Assembly: GCA_009602725.1 (NCBI GenBank)
Contig: WELB01000005.1
Span: 767,109-827,329, forward strand
Length of the DNA: 60,221 nt
Origin: Spirogloea muscicola
Taxonomy: Eukaryota
Reading direction: 5' to 3'
The position numbers were made by a program, and so were the translations under genes. Below the pieces are notes generated by a model, which was given only the letters and a program-made list of their open reading frames with translations, searched no databases and had not been told where the DNA came from. How positions within the stretch are numbered: the first letter of the stretch is position 1; the number at the start of each line of letters is the position of its first letter. Shown here piece after piece: positions 14,001 to 25,622 of the stretch.

Positions 14001-15492
14001 TCCGAAATCGGGGTTCCGTACGCCGCGTGGACACTTTCAGTTCAAAGTGCTGAGCTTTGGTCTGACCAATGCACCGCCTACGTTCCAGGCTGTGATGACG
14101 AGGGTCTTTGGCCCCCTGCTATTGATTTGTGCTGGTTGACTTGGACGACATACTGGTGTTCAGCAAAACGCCGGAGGATCACGTCAGGCAGCTGAGCCGA
14201 GTGCTGCAGCAGTTGCTGCGTGAGAATTTTTTGTACGCCAAGAGGTCCAATGCGCAATTTACCAGCCAGAGCTGACATACCTTGGGCATGTCGCAGGCAA
14301 AGACGGCAATTGTGTCGACCCAAAGAAGACTCTGGTCGTAAGGGATTGGTCTGCGCCACGGCATGTACCTCAATTGCGCTCCTTTCTGGGATTCGCAAAT
14401 TACTTCCGTAAGTCACTACAAGTTATGGGGACCTGGCATTCTCTCTTACGAAGATGACTCGTGAGGACGTACCCTGGAGTGGTCGTCCGAATGCCGGACG
14501 GCATTTGAGGGAACACAGCAGGCCTCTTCGACCGGCATTGGTACCGTGCTCCTGCAAGAGGGTCACCCGATAGCGTTTGAGAGTCGCCTGCTGATCCCTG
14601 CGACATTGCACTACGGGCGAGTAGGAATTGCTGCTGTGTGCAAGCCTTACGTGTCTGGTTCTGCTACATGGAAGGTGTGGAATTTGCGTGGTCACGGGAC
14701 ATTGCCCGTTGACGTATTTTCGCACACAGCAGCTTGTGACTTGGCGTCAAATTCTGAGCTCTACGTGCAAATTCGTGAAGGGTATGGCAAAGACCCATGG
14801 TTTGCCGAGGCAGCCAAAGTACGCACCCTCACTGATTACAAAAGCTTCTGGTGGCAAGGCGACGCTATTGTGGTCCCGGACTGCAATGCCTTGCGCACTG
14901 ACATGATGCAGGAGCTGCATGATGATCAAACAGGCTGTGCGACGCCTTTTTTGGTGGAAGGGTTTTCCAACCCAGGTGCGCGCTTTCGTGGCAAGCTGTG
15001 CCACACGCCAGAGTAGTAAGGCAGTGTCTGGCAAGCCTGCCAATAACTTCGGCCCTTGCATTTCCGGAGCGGAAATGGTATGATGTGAGTGTGGAATTCA
15101 TCACACAATTGCCTGACTACTGGGGCATCAGCGAAGGACTTCGCTGGCATCTCTGTGATAAGGTGTGGAAGCTGCATGGTGTACCTGAGAGGTTGGTCTC
15201 GGACCGCGATCCTCGCTTTACAGGTCAGTCCTGGAGAGAAGTTTGCAAGCTCATTGGCACGAAGCAAGCCAGGTCCACGGCCTTACATCCACAAACGGAT
15301 GGCCAAACCGAGAGAATGAAGCGGGTTCTCGAGGACATGCTGAGGTACTTTGTCAATCCCAGCCAGACTGACTGGGATGAGTCTTTGGCTCCAGCTGAAT
15401 ATGCTGTCAACAATGCCTATCATGCGTCCAGTAAGGAGACACCCTTCTTTCTCAACTATGGTCGGCATCCCCGAGCTCCACTTCAGGTGGGT

Positions 15493-16149
15493 TGTAACGT
15501 TCCGCCCGTTTGGGTGCATCACCCTCACATTACTGCGTACATGTGGTATTTGTCGCGCGGACCATTTTCGTGCACTTTCCTGCACGCATTGTCTTCTATT
15601 GCCAGCGTTGTGCCGCTTAGCGTGACCCCTGTCTTGTGGTATCCTTGAGGTCCGCCCGTGGACGTCACATGTCCTACGGGTCCTTCGCGGTCCGCCCGTG
15701 GACGTTACATGTCCACCCTACGGTAATCTCGAGGTCTTCACGTGGACGTGACATGTCCCCGCGACCGACCTTTGTGAGGTCCGCCCCTGACGAGGTGGCC
15801 TTGAGGCGGCTCCCACACACCCTGGAGGGGGGTGGCATTGAAGCATCACAAGTAGTCGGCTGAGGCCGAACGGGGTTTTTGATCAGTGAGGCCACAGAAA
15901 GGCAGAGCCCTGCTTGCCTGCTGCCGCAGCCGCCGCCACAGCCCTGCTGCTGCCGTCTGCTGCCAGCCCGTTGCCGCAGCTCGTCGCTGAAGACATCGCC
16001 GGCTCTCCGTAAGTACCATGGCTGCGCCCCATGTGGGGATAGCTATTAAGGCAGACCCTCAGTAGAAGTCGCCGCTTTCTGGCGACGCCTCAGGGTATGA
16101 CTTCCGCTGTGTGTTGTAGTAACTGCGTGTATAGGGCTAAGGACGTTCA
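15493..16149 (+). mobile_element. Solo LTR, family D, inserted in the integrase region of element C
   Basis: TGTAAC...GTTCA ends; TSD TGGGT/TGGGG. It splits 'CAGGTGGGGAGGCCGG', which is intact at 1782. It has internal subrepeats GGTCCGCCCGTGGACGT (15649-15790), and its 3' half resembles LTR A. Confidence 0.85.
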
Positions 16150-17754
16150 TGGGGAGGCCGGAACGAGTTCCCGCCGCGGCGGCCTTTACTTGGACCCCAT
16201 TGGAGGCCCAGAGACGAGCTCGGCATTTTGGATATTGCCCAGAGTCGCCAGAAGGCTTATGCTGACAGATGTCGGGAGGATGTGTCCTTCGACGTTGGTG
16301 TGTACTTAGTGCTGCTAAGCACGAAGCACTTATCCTTGCGGGCTGTGGGTACGCGCAAGTTGCTGCCCAAGTGGGTTGGACCATTTGCAACAGTACGCCT
16401 TGTGGGCAAGGGGTCCTACGAGCTGCAGACACCGGTGCTTTGGAAGGTCCATAACGTCTTCCATGTGTCTCAGCTGAGGGCCTTCCTTTCGGATGGCCGT
16501 GTCCAACCGCTCCACCTCTACTAGTGTAGTGATAGAGGATGATTTTGAGTTTTGAGGTGGAAGAGATCCTGTCTCACAGGGACAGTCTCCGAGGGCGCAG
16601 ACCCGCGAATATCTGGTGAAGTGAAGTGGCTCGGGTATTGGCCTAAGCACAATACGTGGAAGCCTGCGCCATTCTGGCAAATTGTCTAAATGCTCGCAGA
16701 GAACACCTGGCCAATAGTGGTGATTCCACTAGGCTTCGTCGAGGCCGCATCGTCGGCCATCTTAATACCTGTCGGCTGTTCTCTCATTGTTCTCGATGAC
16801 GTCAACTCCGGAGTGGGGAAGTATGCCACGATCCAGCCGTTTGGTTAAGCCACACGGTGCTGTTAGCGTTACCTGACTGCTTGACGTTTGACTGCAAGTG
16901 GCCCGCCCGGGTGCGGGCCCCGCCCGTCCTGAAATACCCCTCGCTAGGATCCACCCGTTCAAGGGAGGACCTTTGGCCCGCCGCAAGGCAGGCCATAGGG
17001 CGAACCGCTGGCACCCTTGGAGGGGGGTGGCACGGGGGGATTACTACGAGCCTTGGGCTAAGACTCGACAGCAGTTCGGACCTGTGAAGCTCGAGAGCAG
17101 CCTTGCTGCTGCCTGCCGCCGCAGCCTCCGCCACTTTGCTGCACGGCTGGCTGCGGGGAGTCCGTGGCTGCACCCCTTGAGGGACAGCTGCCGGCTTGCG
17201 CCCGGTGGGTGGAGTCGCCGCCAGACGGCGGCGCCACAGGGCCTGTCTTCCGCTGCGACTATGCGCTGTGCTTCACTCGTGTAGTGGGTTCGCTCCTAAA
17301 CCCATACAGCCGAACGTAACAAGGACGACACACCCTGACTGCGTGTGTGAGGCCGAGGTTCCTTACACGCTCCGCGCGGGCGAGCCTTGGGACAACCCCC
17401 ATGCACCCTGGAGGGAGGGTGGCACGGAGAAGCACCAGAAAAAGGAGTAGAGAGAGACCCAACTGGATGGAGGCCGGTGACTTAGTGCAGCTCTGAGAGG
17501 CGCAGTCCTGCGGCTGCCTGCTGCTGTAGACAGCTGCCGCGCGCGGCTCGTTGCCGGCTCTGCTGTGGAGACCTTGGCGGCGTTCCGATAGGGGGCAAGT
17601 CTGCAGCGCGTGCCCAGGAGGTGGAGCTGCTGCCTGGCGGCAACGCCACAGGGCAAGTCTTCCGCTGCGTCGGAGTGCATCCTCGTGGCGGATGGTTGTC
17701 CCAGTATTTCCAAGCACTCAGTCCCAAAAAGGACGCATTCGGCTCTAATCTGCC

Positions 17755-18234
17755 GACGTCGTCACAACTGACTCCTTCGATTCCAGGAGCGCGACACGCT
17801 CAGCGGAGGAGGCGGGCTGCGCCGTCCGCCAAGCGGCCGGCGCAAAGGATCGCAAGTACTCGGATCACCCGGTAGGCGACGAGTTTGTCCCACCGTCGAC
17901 GTACAGGGCGCCTTTGGCGCCAACTGGCTTGACCTACTTCACCGCCTTGCGCGGCGAGCAGCGGCCCGCCGCCACGGGCAGCGGGGCGAGCAGCCTGGCT
18001 TCCATGTCGCCGGGTCCCTCGCCCGAGTCTTCCGGATGCGCCTGGCCGTCTCTTTGCAGCGGTCCCTAGCTTTTGCGGTCCACTTGCGCGCAGGCCGCGC
18101 TCTGGCGGCGGCCTCCGGCTTCCGTCAGGGCGACGTCTTTCCGCGTGCTAGCTATTCAGATTTGCATCTACTGACGAGAGGTTACTGAGAGTTCGCTTAC
18201 TGCTGTCTCAGTCCTTAGCACTCCGACTCCTTCA
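17755..18234 (+). mobile_element. 5'-truncated CRE-like non-LTR insertion with 8-bp TSD
   Basis: TSD AATCTGCC (17747-17754 / 18235-18242). Encodes the endonuclease C-terminus 'DVVTTDS...RKY...FRMRLAVSLQRS...SYSDLHLLTRGY*'. Confidence 0.85.
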
Positions 18235-18263
18235 AATCTGCCTGTTAGGGACCGAAAGCTGCA

Positions 18264-18813
18264 GCAAAGCTGTTGCGGCGGCTGCAGCAGCAGGCAAACA
18301 GGGCAGTGAGCCTATCTCTGGCGTCACTGGTCCGACTGATGAGTTTGGCCGCGGCCTACTACTAACAGCGTTCCATCTGCCATCCCTCCCCCGAGGGTGT
18401 GACGAGGGTAGCCCCAAGGTCCGCACCCGGAGGGGCGGACCCGACAATGGGGATACGAATCCAGGGGACTGGTTCCGTTGACTGTCGGACGCTGCCGCGT
18501 GCAGCAAAGCAGCGCCGGGCGGATGGAGTACCATCCCCAAGCGATGCCGCTTTGCAGCGAAGCAGCGCCCGCCGATAAGATCACAGCTCCAGGGCGATGC
18601 CGCGAAGCAGCGCCTGCCGAAAGGAAAACGCTTTCCGGAATCCGGACGACACCGCGTACAGCAAAGCAGCGCCTCCCGGGCAGTACGACTCTTGGACGAT
18701 GCCGCGTGCACGCGCGGTCCGAAGCCCAGGGGCCTCAGACCATACTTGGCTGCACATACAGTGGAGCAGAAAAGCGGTACGGTTTGGCACTCTCAAACGG
18801 AGGGGACATCACA
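18264..18813 (-). mobile_element. Partial LTR related to family A (probable host of the whole nest)
   Basis: The reverse complement begins TGTGATGTCCCCTCCGTTTGAGAGTGCCAAAC, similar to the LTR A start, and shares its internal GCAGCATCGTCC/GGCGCTGCTT repeats. Confidence 0.7.
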
Positions 18814-18819
18814 TCACGT

Positions 18820-19235
18820 CCATAGTGGACGAGTTCCTCCTACTCTGGCCGTCGATGTGCACGGGGCTTTCGGATCTCAGTCAACAGACCTATTGGCCTG
18901 GCTTGCGCGACACGGTGTGTTTTGTAGGCGAAGCGAGCAGGCCGCTTTCAACGCCGCTGGCCTGCTAGCTTAGGAATTTCGCATGCGCCTGTCCAACGTC
19001 TCCAGCGGTCTATGCCCCACGCCTTGCATCTGCGTGCTGGCCGTGGTCTAGCTGCAACCTCTGGCTTTGCGTTCCGGTGGCTAGTCCTTCTGACTTGCAG
19101 CTCCTAAGTAGAGGGTACAAATAGTGTTCCCTACAGGCTCAGCTTTGGGAAAGCGCTTTTCGGCCCCTTTGGACCTTGTCAATCTTATTCGGGCTGGCCT
19201 GTTCACAGCCCTCGCCCCCTTCGGGGAGCCACTCT
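18820..19235 (+). mobile_element. Decayed CRE-like non-LTR 3' fragment with structured 3' UTR
   Basis: 'DEFLLLAVDVHGAFGSQ...FNAAGLLA...ALHLRAGR'; similar to 49622-50080; ends with the GGGCTG..CAGCCC hairpin and GAGCCAC. Confidence 0.8.
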
Positions 19236-22200
19236 GATTATATCCATGGAGGAGGAGCCGGCAGAAATAGCCCACAGCCAGACGTCGTCTGCAATAGTCC
19301 TTGTCAAGTCAATCACAACAAGGGTTTAGGGTATATAATGGTCAACGAGCAGAAGTCACAAACATTACATCACCGTGGTGGATGACTGCTGATCCGCCAC
19401 TGGGCAGACTCTCTAGATAGATGGTGTGAACTCACTTTGTGGAGCCTTTGCGGCACAGAGCAAGCCACACCGCCGTCTCTAGCCTCCTTGGCGCCCCAGG
19501 TCGCAGGTCGCAGGTCGATTACATACTGCGGGATGAAGGCCAGGTTTTCTACGATTACTCCCATATTGCGGATTTCGCGCACGTACGACCAGGATGTCAT
19601 CTGTGTGGGCACGAATGAAAAGCAATTATCATTCATGTCAGCAGCAGTCTTTTCTTGATACATTGTATGAGCAGGCAGGCCAGTTGCCATTGCAAGTATA
19701 ATCTCCTGCTGTGTTTGTGTTGTGGCGCCTGAACGGGGCTCGCTTTCACACCACAGCTATGACTTGTGACAGTTTGTCTCCGAACTCACTCCGCACGCAA
19801 CTGGGGCCAATCCGTGCAGAAGGGTTGGTCCAAATTTGGTTTAAGCTTGCCCCAACCTGGCAGCCCTTTGACCATCGAGGGGCGAAGCACGCATGAGGCA
19901 TTTACTGATTCAACGACCACAATGAAGAACCCAATCGATCGAACCTCCACGGGAGTTGCTAATGCGTAATATCACCGGCAGTATCGCGCTGTACTTCGGT
20001 CGGGCCGGGAGTTTGCAGATGGTTCCCCTGTGCCGACCTGACGAGGTGGCTAGCACGCGTAACCAGATGTGCGATGGCTGACGTCTACGTATGAACACCG
20101 TCATGGCTCTTTGGGAAGGCTGGCAGGCCTTCATGCCCCCGTGTGAAGACTGTCTGAATGAGCGAGCCATTCTAATAATTGGCTGACCTCAGACTGGTGA
20201 AGAGCACTTGAGCTTCGCGTCAAATGATATGGGCCATCCTTATGTCAGTAGCAACAGGCTCATGGGTTCCACCGTTAATGGGTGGTCGTTGATAAGTCGT
20301 GGATGTATCCTGGACATTGAGCCGACCCATGTATATATATAATTGCCGGGTATAATTGCTCTGCAGGAAGATCCGGAGTCCATTGGTCATGCGGCGAGAG
20401 TCTCCGATATGGATACAAAGAGGGGGAGAAAGTGGCTCTCATAGCTCACCCAAAACGGGCCGAGGGCTGTGAATAGCCAGTCCGAAAACAAAATTAGAAG
20501 GTCCGAAGGGAGGGACGTATACTCTTCAGCCAGCCCACATCCCCTAGACTCGGTCGTCGGCTTTCTTACTCCTATGACTTAAGCAGCCCCACTGTATTGC
20601 CTGGCCAACTTTCATCGCTTCGGTCGTAACCGGGGTTGGTTATATGTTTCCCTCGAAGAAGTGGATATGGTGGAAGTAGCGCAAGAGGTGAAAGTGGACG
20701 GCGACCTCTGCGGAGGCTTACGCGAATTGCGGGCCCGAAAGTTGGTCCGAAGTGTTGGGCTGGTCTTGTGCAGACATGGCAGTTAATGGAAAGGCCATCG
20801 CCTTACTGGCCGTATCGGCCAGCTAAGAGCTGGCCCATCGTGCCAAGCTGTGCTTTGGCATGACCAACGGCCTACTGGGGAACCGGGAAAAGGCCAGTAT
20901 GCTTCGAGGCCCGCTGCTAGGATCACCGGGGATCTGAGCGAGTGGTTCATGGTGACCGTTAGCCTCCAAAGCTCAGCCAGAACGCAATAGCGAGTACAAC
21001 GATGACAAAGCCTCGGAATGGATTGTTCGACCAGGCGGGTCACCTGGGAGTGAACATGTCGATAAAGCATGTCCTTCTCAACCCTGGGCTCATTAATCCT
21101 AGGCTCACGTCTGCCACCCTCGGTGTGCCGAATGCCAACCCCGTATTCCGATTACTTTTTCCAACACAATATGAGATTCCTTTGAAGGGCTTTTCTTGTG
21201 CTGGAAGGGAGTCGAATTGGCAAGAAGCTTGCGCCTAACGAATGTGAGCAGAAGCGGCAGAACTGCTCGGTTTAAAGAGACGAAGAGGGGTCTGCACATG
21301 CGACCCTCCTCACGTACTCACCCAACGTCAAACCCATGGCCAGGATCAGGGCGGTACTGGGTGCCAGCCCGTCTAGACAGACACTGTGCGGGGTACTCGC
21401 AGGATAAGACGATGTCGGGGTGAAAGTAAGTGCGAGAGCCAGAGCTTGCGGCTGCAGGAGGGCATCTGCAAACATAGGGCTGATAAAGAATATATAATAC
21501 TGATTGAGGGGTCAAAGGCTTGGCGGCCATGACAAGGTTGCAGCCCCCTGTTTGCATCAGAGTCGCGGCAGATGCATGCATCAATGGCGGGCCCACCCGA
21601 TTTGCATGGGCCGTGCCGGATTTATACTGCGCATGAAGCTTGCAGGAGCGGCTCTTGTGTCCAAAGCTGCGGCGAGGTGGCAGCAAGCGGCAGGCGAGGG
21701 AGGCGCGAGAAAGGAGGGCCGGCAGCGTGCTCCGGCAGAGAGCGGACGTACCGGGTGTCCGTCGCTGGGGGCTCGGCAAGTGGGGCGTGCTGCAGGCGGC
21801 TGGTCGAGCAGCAAGGGCGTTGCCACGGGGGCGAGCCGGAGGGGGCCGGCCACTTGGGATGAAGCCGTAGGAAGCACTAACGCTATGAGGGGCTAGAGCA
21901 AGAAAGCGGAAACCCATAAACGAAGGGGGACTCTACTATCACCACGAGTGAGCACATACGTATTTGCCAGATTGATGTGGGGGGCCCGGGGCACCACCAT
22001 TTGAAGAGGAGCAGCTTTTCCAAAGGACGAGATGGCCGTGAGAGGCCGGCCAAATAGCATGGACAAGGTCCCAAGGGCCAGAAAGGCCAAGCACCATAGT
22101 GGCTACTCCGTCGATTTGCTGAACAACCCTTGGTCAACGGTCGGAAGTCAATGTTGCTAGCAGCTGGAAGTTAACTGCTACGCCGCAACCCACAAGCGGC

Positions 22201-22451
22201 AGCCGAGGGGCCATCCACCAATGGAGGCGATGGCTGTGTAAGTGTCGAGCTGAATGTGGACTCACCACGCAGGAAACCCAAGAGCGGCAGCCAGCTTGCG
22301 ATGCTGCTCTCGGCGGCACGGCGAATGCCCGGGTAAGAAGCGAGATAAAGTGGCTGTGGTCGTGAAGGGGAAGCGCTCATAAATAAGAAAGGCTATTCCA
22401 GAAGGAGATGGGTCATTTGCCAGCCCATAAAAAGTGAACAAAGGTCGAAGG

Positions 22452-23478
22452 GGCGGCCAAGCGCATGCGGTACACCTGCGCTAGCGACCCGGCTGCATGG
22501 AAGTCCACCGGCTCCCCATGGAAGCCGCGGGCGATGGCGTGTCGTAAGAGCTGGTTGAGCAGCTTGAGCCACCGAGCTCCCAGCGCCCCGTGTGTGTCGA
22601 TGGCGGGCAGGAAGAACTCATCGTCCCTCTGGTGGTTGGCGTACTTAAATTTCTCGGCCCGGGCGGCGCAGGCTACCGCATACCCCGCCTTTGAGGCACA
22701 ATGTGCGGGATGTGTGCGGTCGTAGGAATCGGTGGTCGCCACGTCAAGGAGACGTGCCCCGCCGGCTGGTGGGGTAGCCACAAGGTCGACGCGACGGGCG
22801 TGGAGACCGTCCGCCCCGTAGCGGCATGACTGCGGGCCACCGAGAAGCTGGCCTCCACGAGGATGCCGTGCATCGCTTCCCGAAGGAGGTCGTGTGCCGC
22901 TCGCTGTCCGCTCCCCACCGTGGGAGCAGCGCAGAACATGGGCGGCCAGTCCCTCAAGCTCGGCCCCTCGCTCGCCCCGAGTAAGCCCGAGTCAGCAGTC
23001 GCAAGTCGGAGTAATTTGCAGCCGGAAATGAGGCACCCCGAGTTCACCAAGAAGTTGCAGCCAAAGCGCGGCCTGCCCGCAAGTGTACTGCGTGAGCCAG
23101 GGGATGATGGAAGGAGAAGCAAGCGCGGCCAGATTAACTGGTGGCTGGGAGAGGCCAGCCCAAAAGAATGGACAAGGAGACGGTCACAGCCGCGGAGAAG
23201 GAAGAAAGTGCTCGCCCATAGAGAAGGCACGCGGGGTGCGCATGAGATGAGAATGGCAGGGCACCGCTCGGGCTCTGGCCAGGGGACCCGCTTCCAGGAA
23301 CCCAGTCTCTCTGACCTGAGGCTGCTTAGCAGGGGTTACTGAGTGCATCGTAGCTGCTTCGTTTCTTTTCTGTGCTTGTTGTTCTTCGTACTTCCCCTGG
23401 CCCCTTCTCGTCCTTTATTCATTCTTTTCTGGGCTGGCTTTTCCCAGCCCCTATCCTCAATGGGCGAGCCCTTCTCTC
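22452..23478. mobile_element. Cluster of CRE-like non-LTR 3' fragments (minus 22452-23260, plus 23268-23478)
   Basis: Peptides 'RAAHDLLREAM', 'LLDVATTD...KYANHQRDDEF', 'FQEPSLSDLRLLSRGY*', and 3' UTRs repeated at 50871-51240, 53710-53920 and 58260-58770. Confidence 0.85.
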
Positions 23479-23690
23479 GCTCGGGCGCAAAGATAGAGGC
23501 GGGTGCTGCGAAGGGCGGGGCCGGGGCGGCATGCAGGGGGGCCTGGGGAACTGGTGGGGGGAAGTGCTCGCCCTTGGAAGACAGGGCCCCCGCCCGTGCG
23601 CTGCTCGCCAGCCTCGCCGCCCCGCTCCTCCTCCTCGTCCTTCTCGCCTCCCCCCTGCTGCTGCTCCGCCACGGCCCCCCGGCCAGCGCC

Positions 23691-24874
23691 ATGGCCGGCC
23701 GCTCCATCGACCCGCTGGTGATGGGCCGCGTGGTGGGCGACGTCCTGGACCCCTTCTCGCCGTCCGTGGAGCTCAAGGTGTCGTACGGCCCCAAGCAGGT
23801 CAACAACGGCGTGGAGCTCAAGCCGTCCCAGACCCCCGACGCCCCCCGCGTCGACATCGGCCGCCAGCTCGACAACGCGCTCTACACGCTGGTGCGGCTC
23901 GCCCCGGGGCCCCTGCCTGCTGCTGCAGCGGCGGCTGCCCGGAGCTCACCCGCGACGGCTCGCCTGCTGCGCGCCTGCCCGCCGCGAGGGCTGCCCAGGT
24001 CATGGTGGACCCGGACGCTCCCAGCCCCAGCGAGCCCAGCGCGCGCGAGTGGCTCCACTGGTACTCCTGCCTCTCCTCGCCCAGGCTCTCTGCGGCCCTG
24101 CTTCCGGGACGGCTCCTCCTTGCGGCAGCAGATAGCTCCGGGAAGCTGACGCCATACCGCAGCATGCAGTCCTGCAGCCCCACGAGCACCACTACTCACT
24201 GGCCACTGCTGCATCGATGTGAATTGAGGTCCCAGCAAGCTGTGCATTGCCATTGCAGAGCTTCCACTGTGCAGCAGCACCATCGCTTCTCTCATATAAG
24301 CATTGCCACAGGACTCCGGCCTTGTCAATCGCGTCCTTCTCCTGACTCTCGAGCCATGCAACTCGCAGGCTCGTGACAGACATACCATCTGGCAGTACTT
24401 TACCTGGGCCAGGTATGCATCAGAATTGCGAGTGTCACAAGCTCACCCGTGACTTCTGAGACATTGGAAAGCACCTGCAAGTAGGATCGAGCTGGCATGG
24501 CTGCCCCATCCGCTGGCCTCTTCCTTCAGCAAGAGCTGCAGGCAGCCAGTCGTTTTGCCATTCTCGGCTCTTTGGAAAAACTCAGCCTGCACCCGAGACG
24601 AGTACCAGCACTCTTCTGAGACCAAGGTTGACACCCTGCCTGCTCTTGTACAGGCACAGTACTGATGGAGTATATGGGCCCCAAACCACCAATTGGGATA
24701 CATCGCTACGTGTTTGCCTTATTCAGGCAGCAAAGCCTGATGTCGGCCGTTGGGCCCGACAGCAGGGCAAATTTCAACACCCGCCTGTTTGCAGCCCAGC
24801 ACGACCTGGCTGTCCCTGTGGCTGCTGTGTACTTCAACGCACAAAAAGAGACAGCTTCCTCTAGGCGTCGCTAA
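23691..24874 (+). CDS. MFT: PEBP family protein, MOTHER OF FT AND TFL1-like; exons 23691-23891, 23999-24060, 24369-24412, 24654-24874
   Basis: 'IDPLVMGRVVGDVLDPF', 'DPDAPSPSEP..REWLHW', 'PPIGIHRYVFALFRQ', 'AAVYFNAQKE'; canonical four-exon layout with a 62-bp exon 2; Trp at the FT-Tyr85/TFL1-His88 position, as in MFT. Confidence 0.92.
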
Positions 24875-25622
24875 GACGTGCAGGGCTTCCTGTCCTTATC
24901 AAAGTAGGGGCTTCTCAACCGAGGGGAGGTAGCATTTTGCCTTACACCCCGGCTGTACCATGGAAATTCATTAGACCGTCACAAATTCTTTGATCCTGGG
25001 AGCTCATTGCTCACAAATTTCCCCATCCTGCAGAAAGATGTGGTGTTGGCGAGGTCCTCTTGGCCCAATCTCAATTTCATCGGCGGCTCTTCGCCACAAA
25101 GTGAATGTTCTTCCAGATTGTTGGATTAGTATCATTGCCAAGAAACCATCGTCGGAAAACAGCATGTTCTCTAGGAGACATGAAAACACGCTTCTCGGCG
25201 AGTACTTTCTCGTGATCCCAGGGACAGCACACTCAAGACGGCATAGCACGTGACCAGTACACGTCAACAGTTGACATTAGCCACACCACAGAGTCTCTGC
25301 ATACCTGCAGTCCTGCTTGCCTTGTGTACCGCTCTCACCCTGGTAAGCTGGTATAGATCACCATATGTAGTCGACAACATCAGACACTAATTTACACATT
25401 GGCAAGCCCAAATCTCGTGTTGTGCAAATGCAATGTCGACTTGGCTAGCACACTGTTGATCGCCGGATGTAATAGAGTGTTTACTTCTCAACATGTTCAC
25501 TCTCAGCCACGTTTGCACTCTGTAAAAGTGACAACACAAGGGCTGCAGCCAGGACCGCCCCAAGAAGCCAAGCAACTTATCTCTAACAGATACCGGCGAC
25601 ATACTCACATATTGTTACGAGT

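Larger units (their letters stand above)
9766..17367 (+). mobile_element. Full-length but decayed gypsy/chromovirus LTR retrotransposon (element C)
   Basis: LTRs 9766-11037 (interrupted) and 16824-17367; perfect TSD CGCTC (9761-9765 / 17368-17372); PBS GGTATCAGA at ~11041; PPT GGAGTGGGGAAG 16810-16821; gag knuckle CFRCGE*GHQIRD (~12498); RT, RNase H, integrase ('VSDRDPRFTG...HPQTDGQTER'), GPF motif and chromodomain remnants. Confidence 0.95.
2433..18263 (+). mobile_element. LTR of family B (probable 3' LTR of the element at 190-2432), split into 2433-2656, 9647-9765, 17368-17754 and 18235-18263 by nested insertions
   Basis: Starts TGTAAC (2433) and ends GCTGCA (18263). The joined pieces are collinear with the reverse complement of the intact solo LTR at 10323-11001. 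Confidence 0.85.

Noticed and set aside
19321..19332. Telomere-like AGGGTTTAGGG
   Set aside because: Fewer than two full units; expected by chance.
23431..23450. Histone 3' stem-loop resemblance of GGGCTGGCTTTTCCCAGCCC
   Set aside because: Stem and loop sizes do not match the 6-bp/4-nt consensus, there is no histone ORF, and it is always attached to retrotransposon 3' UTRs.
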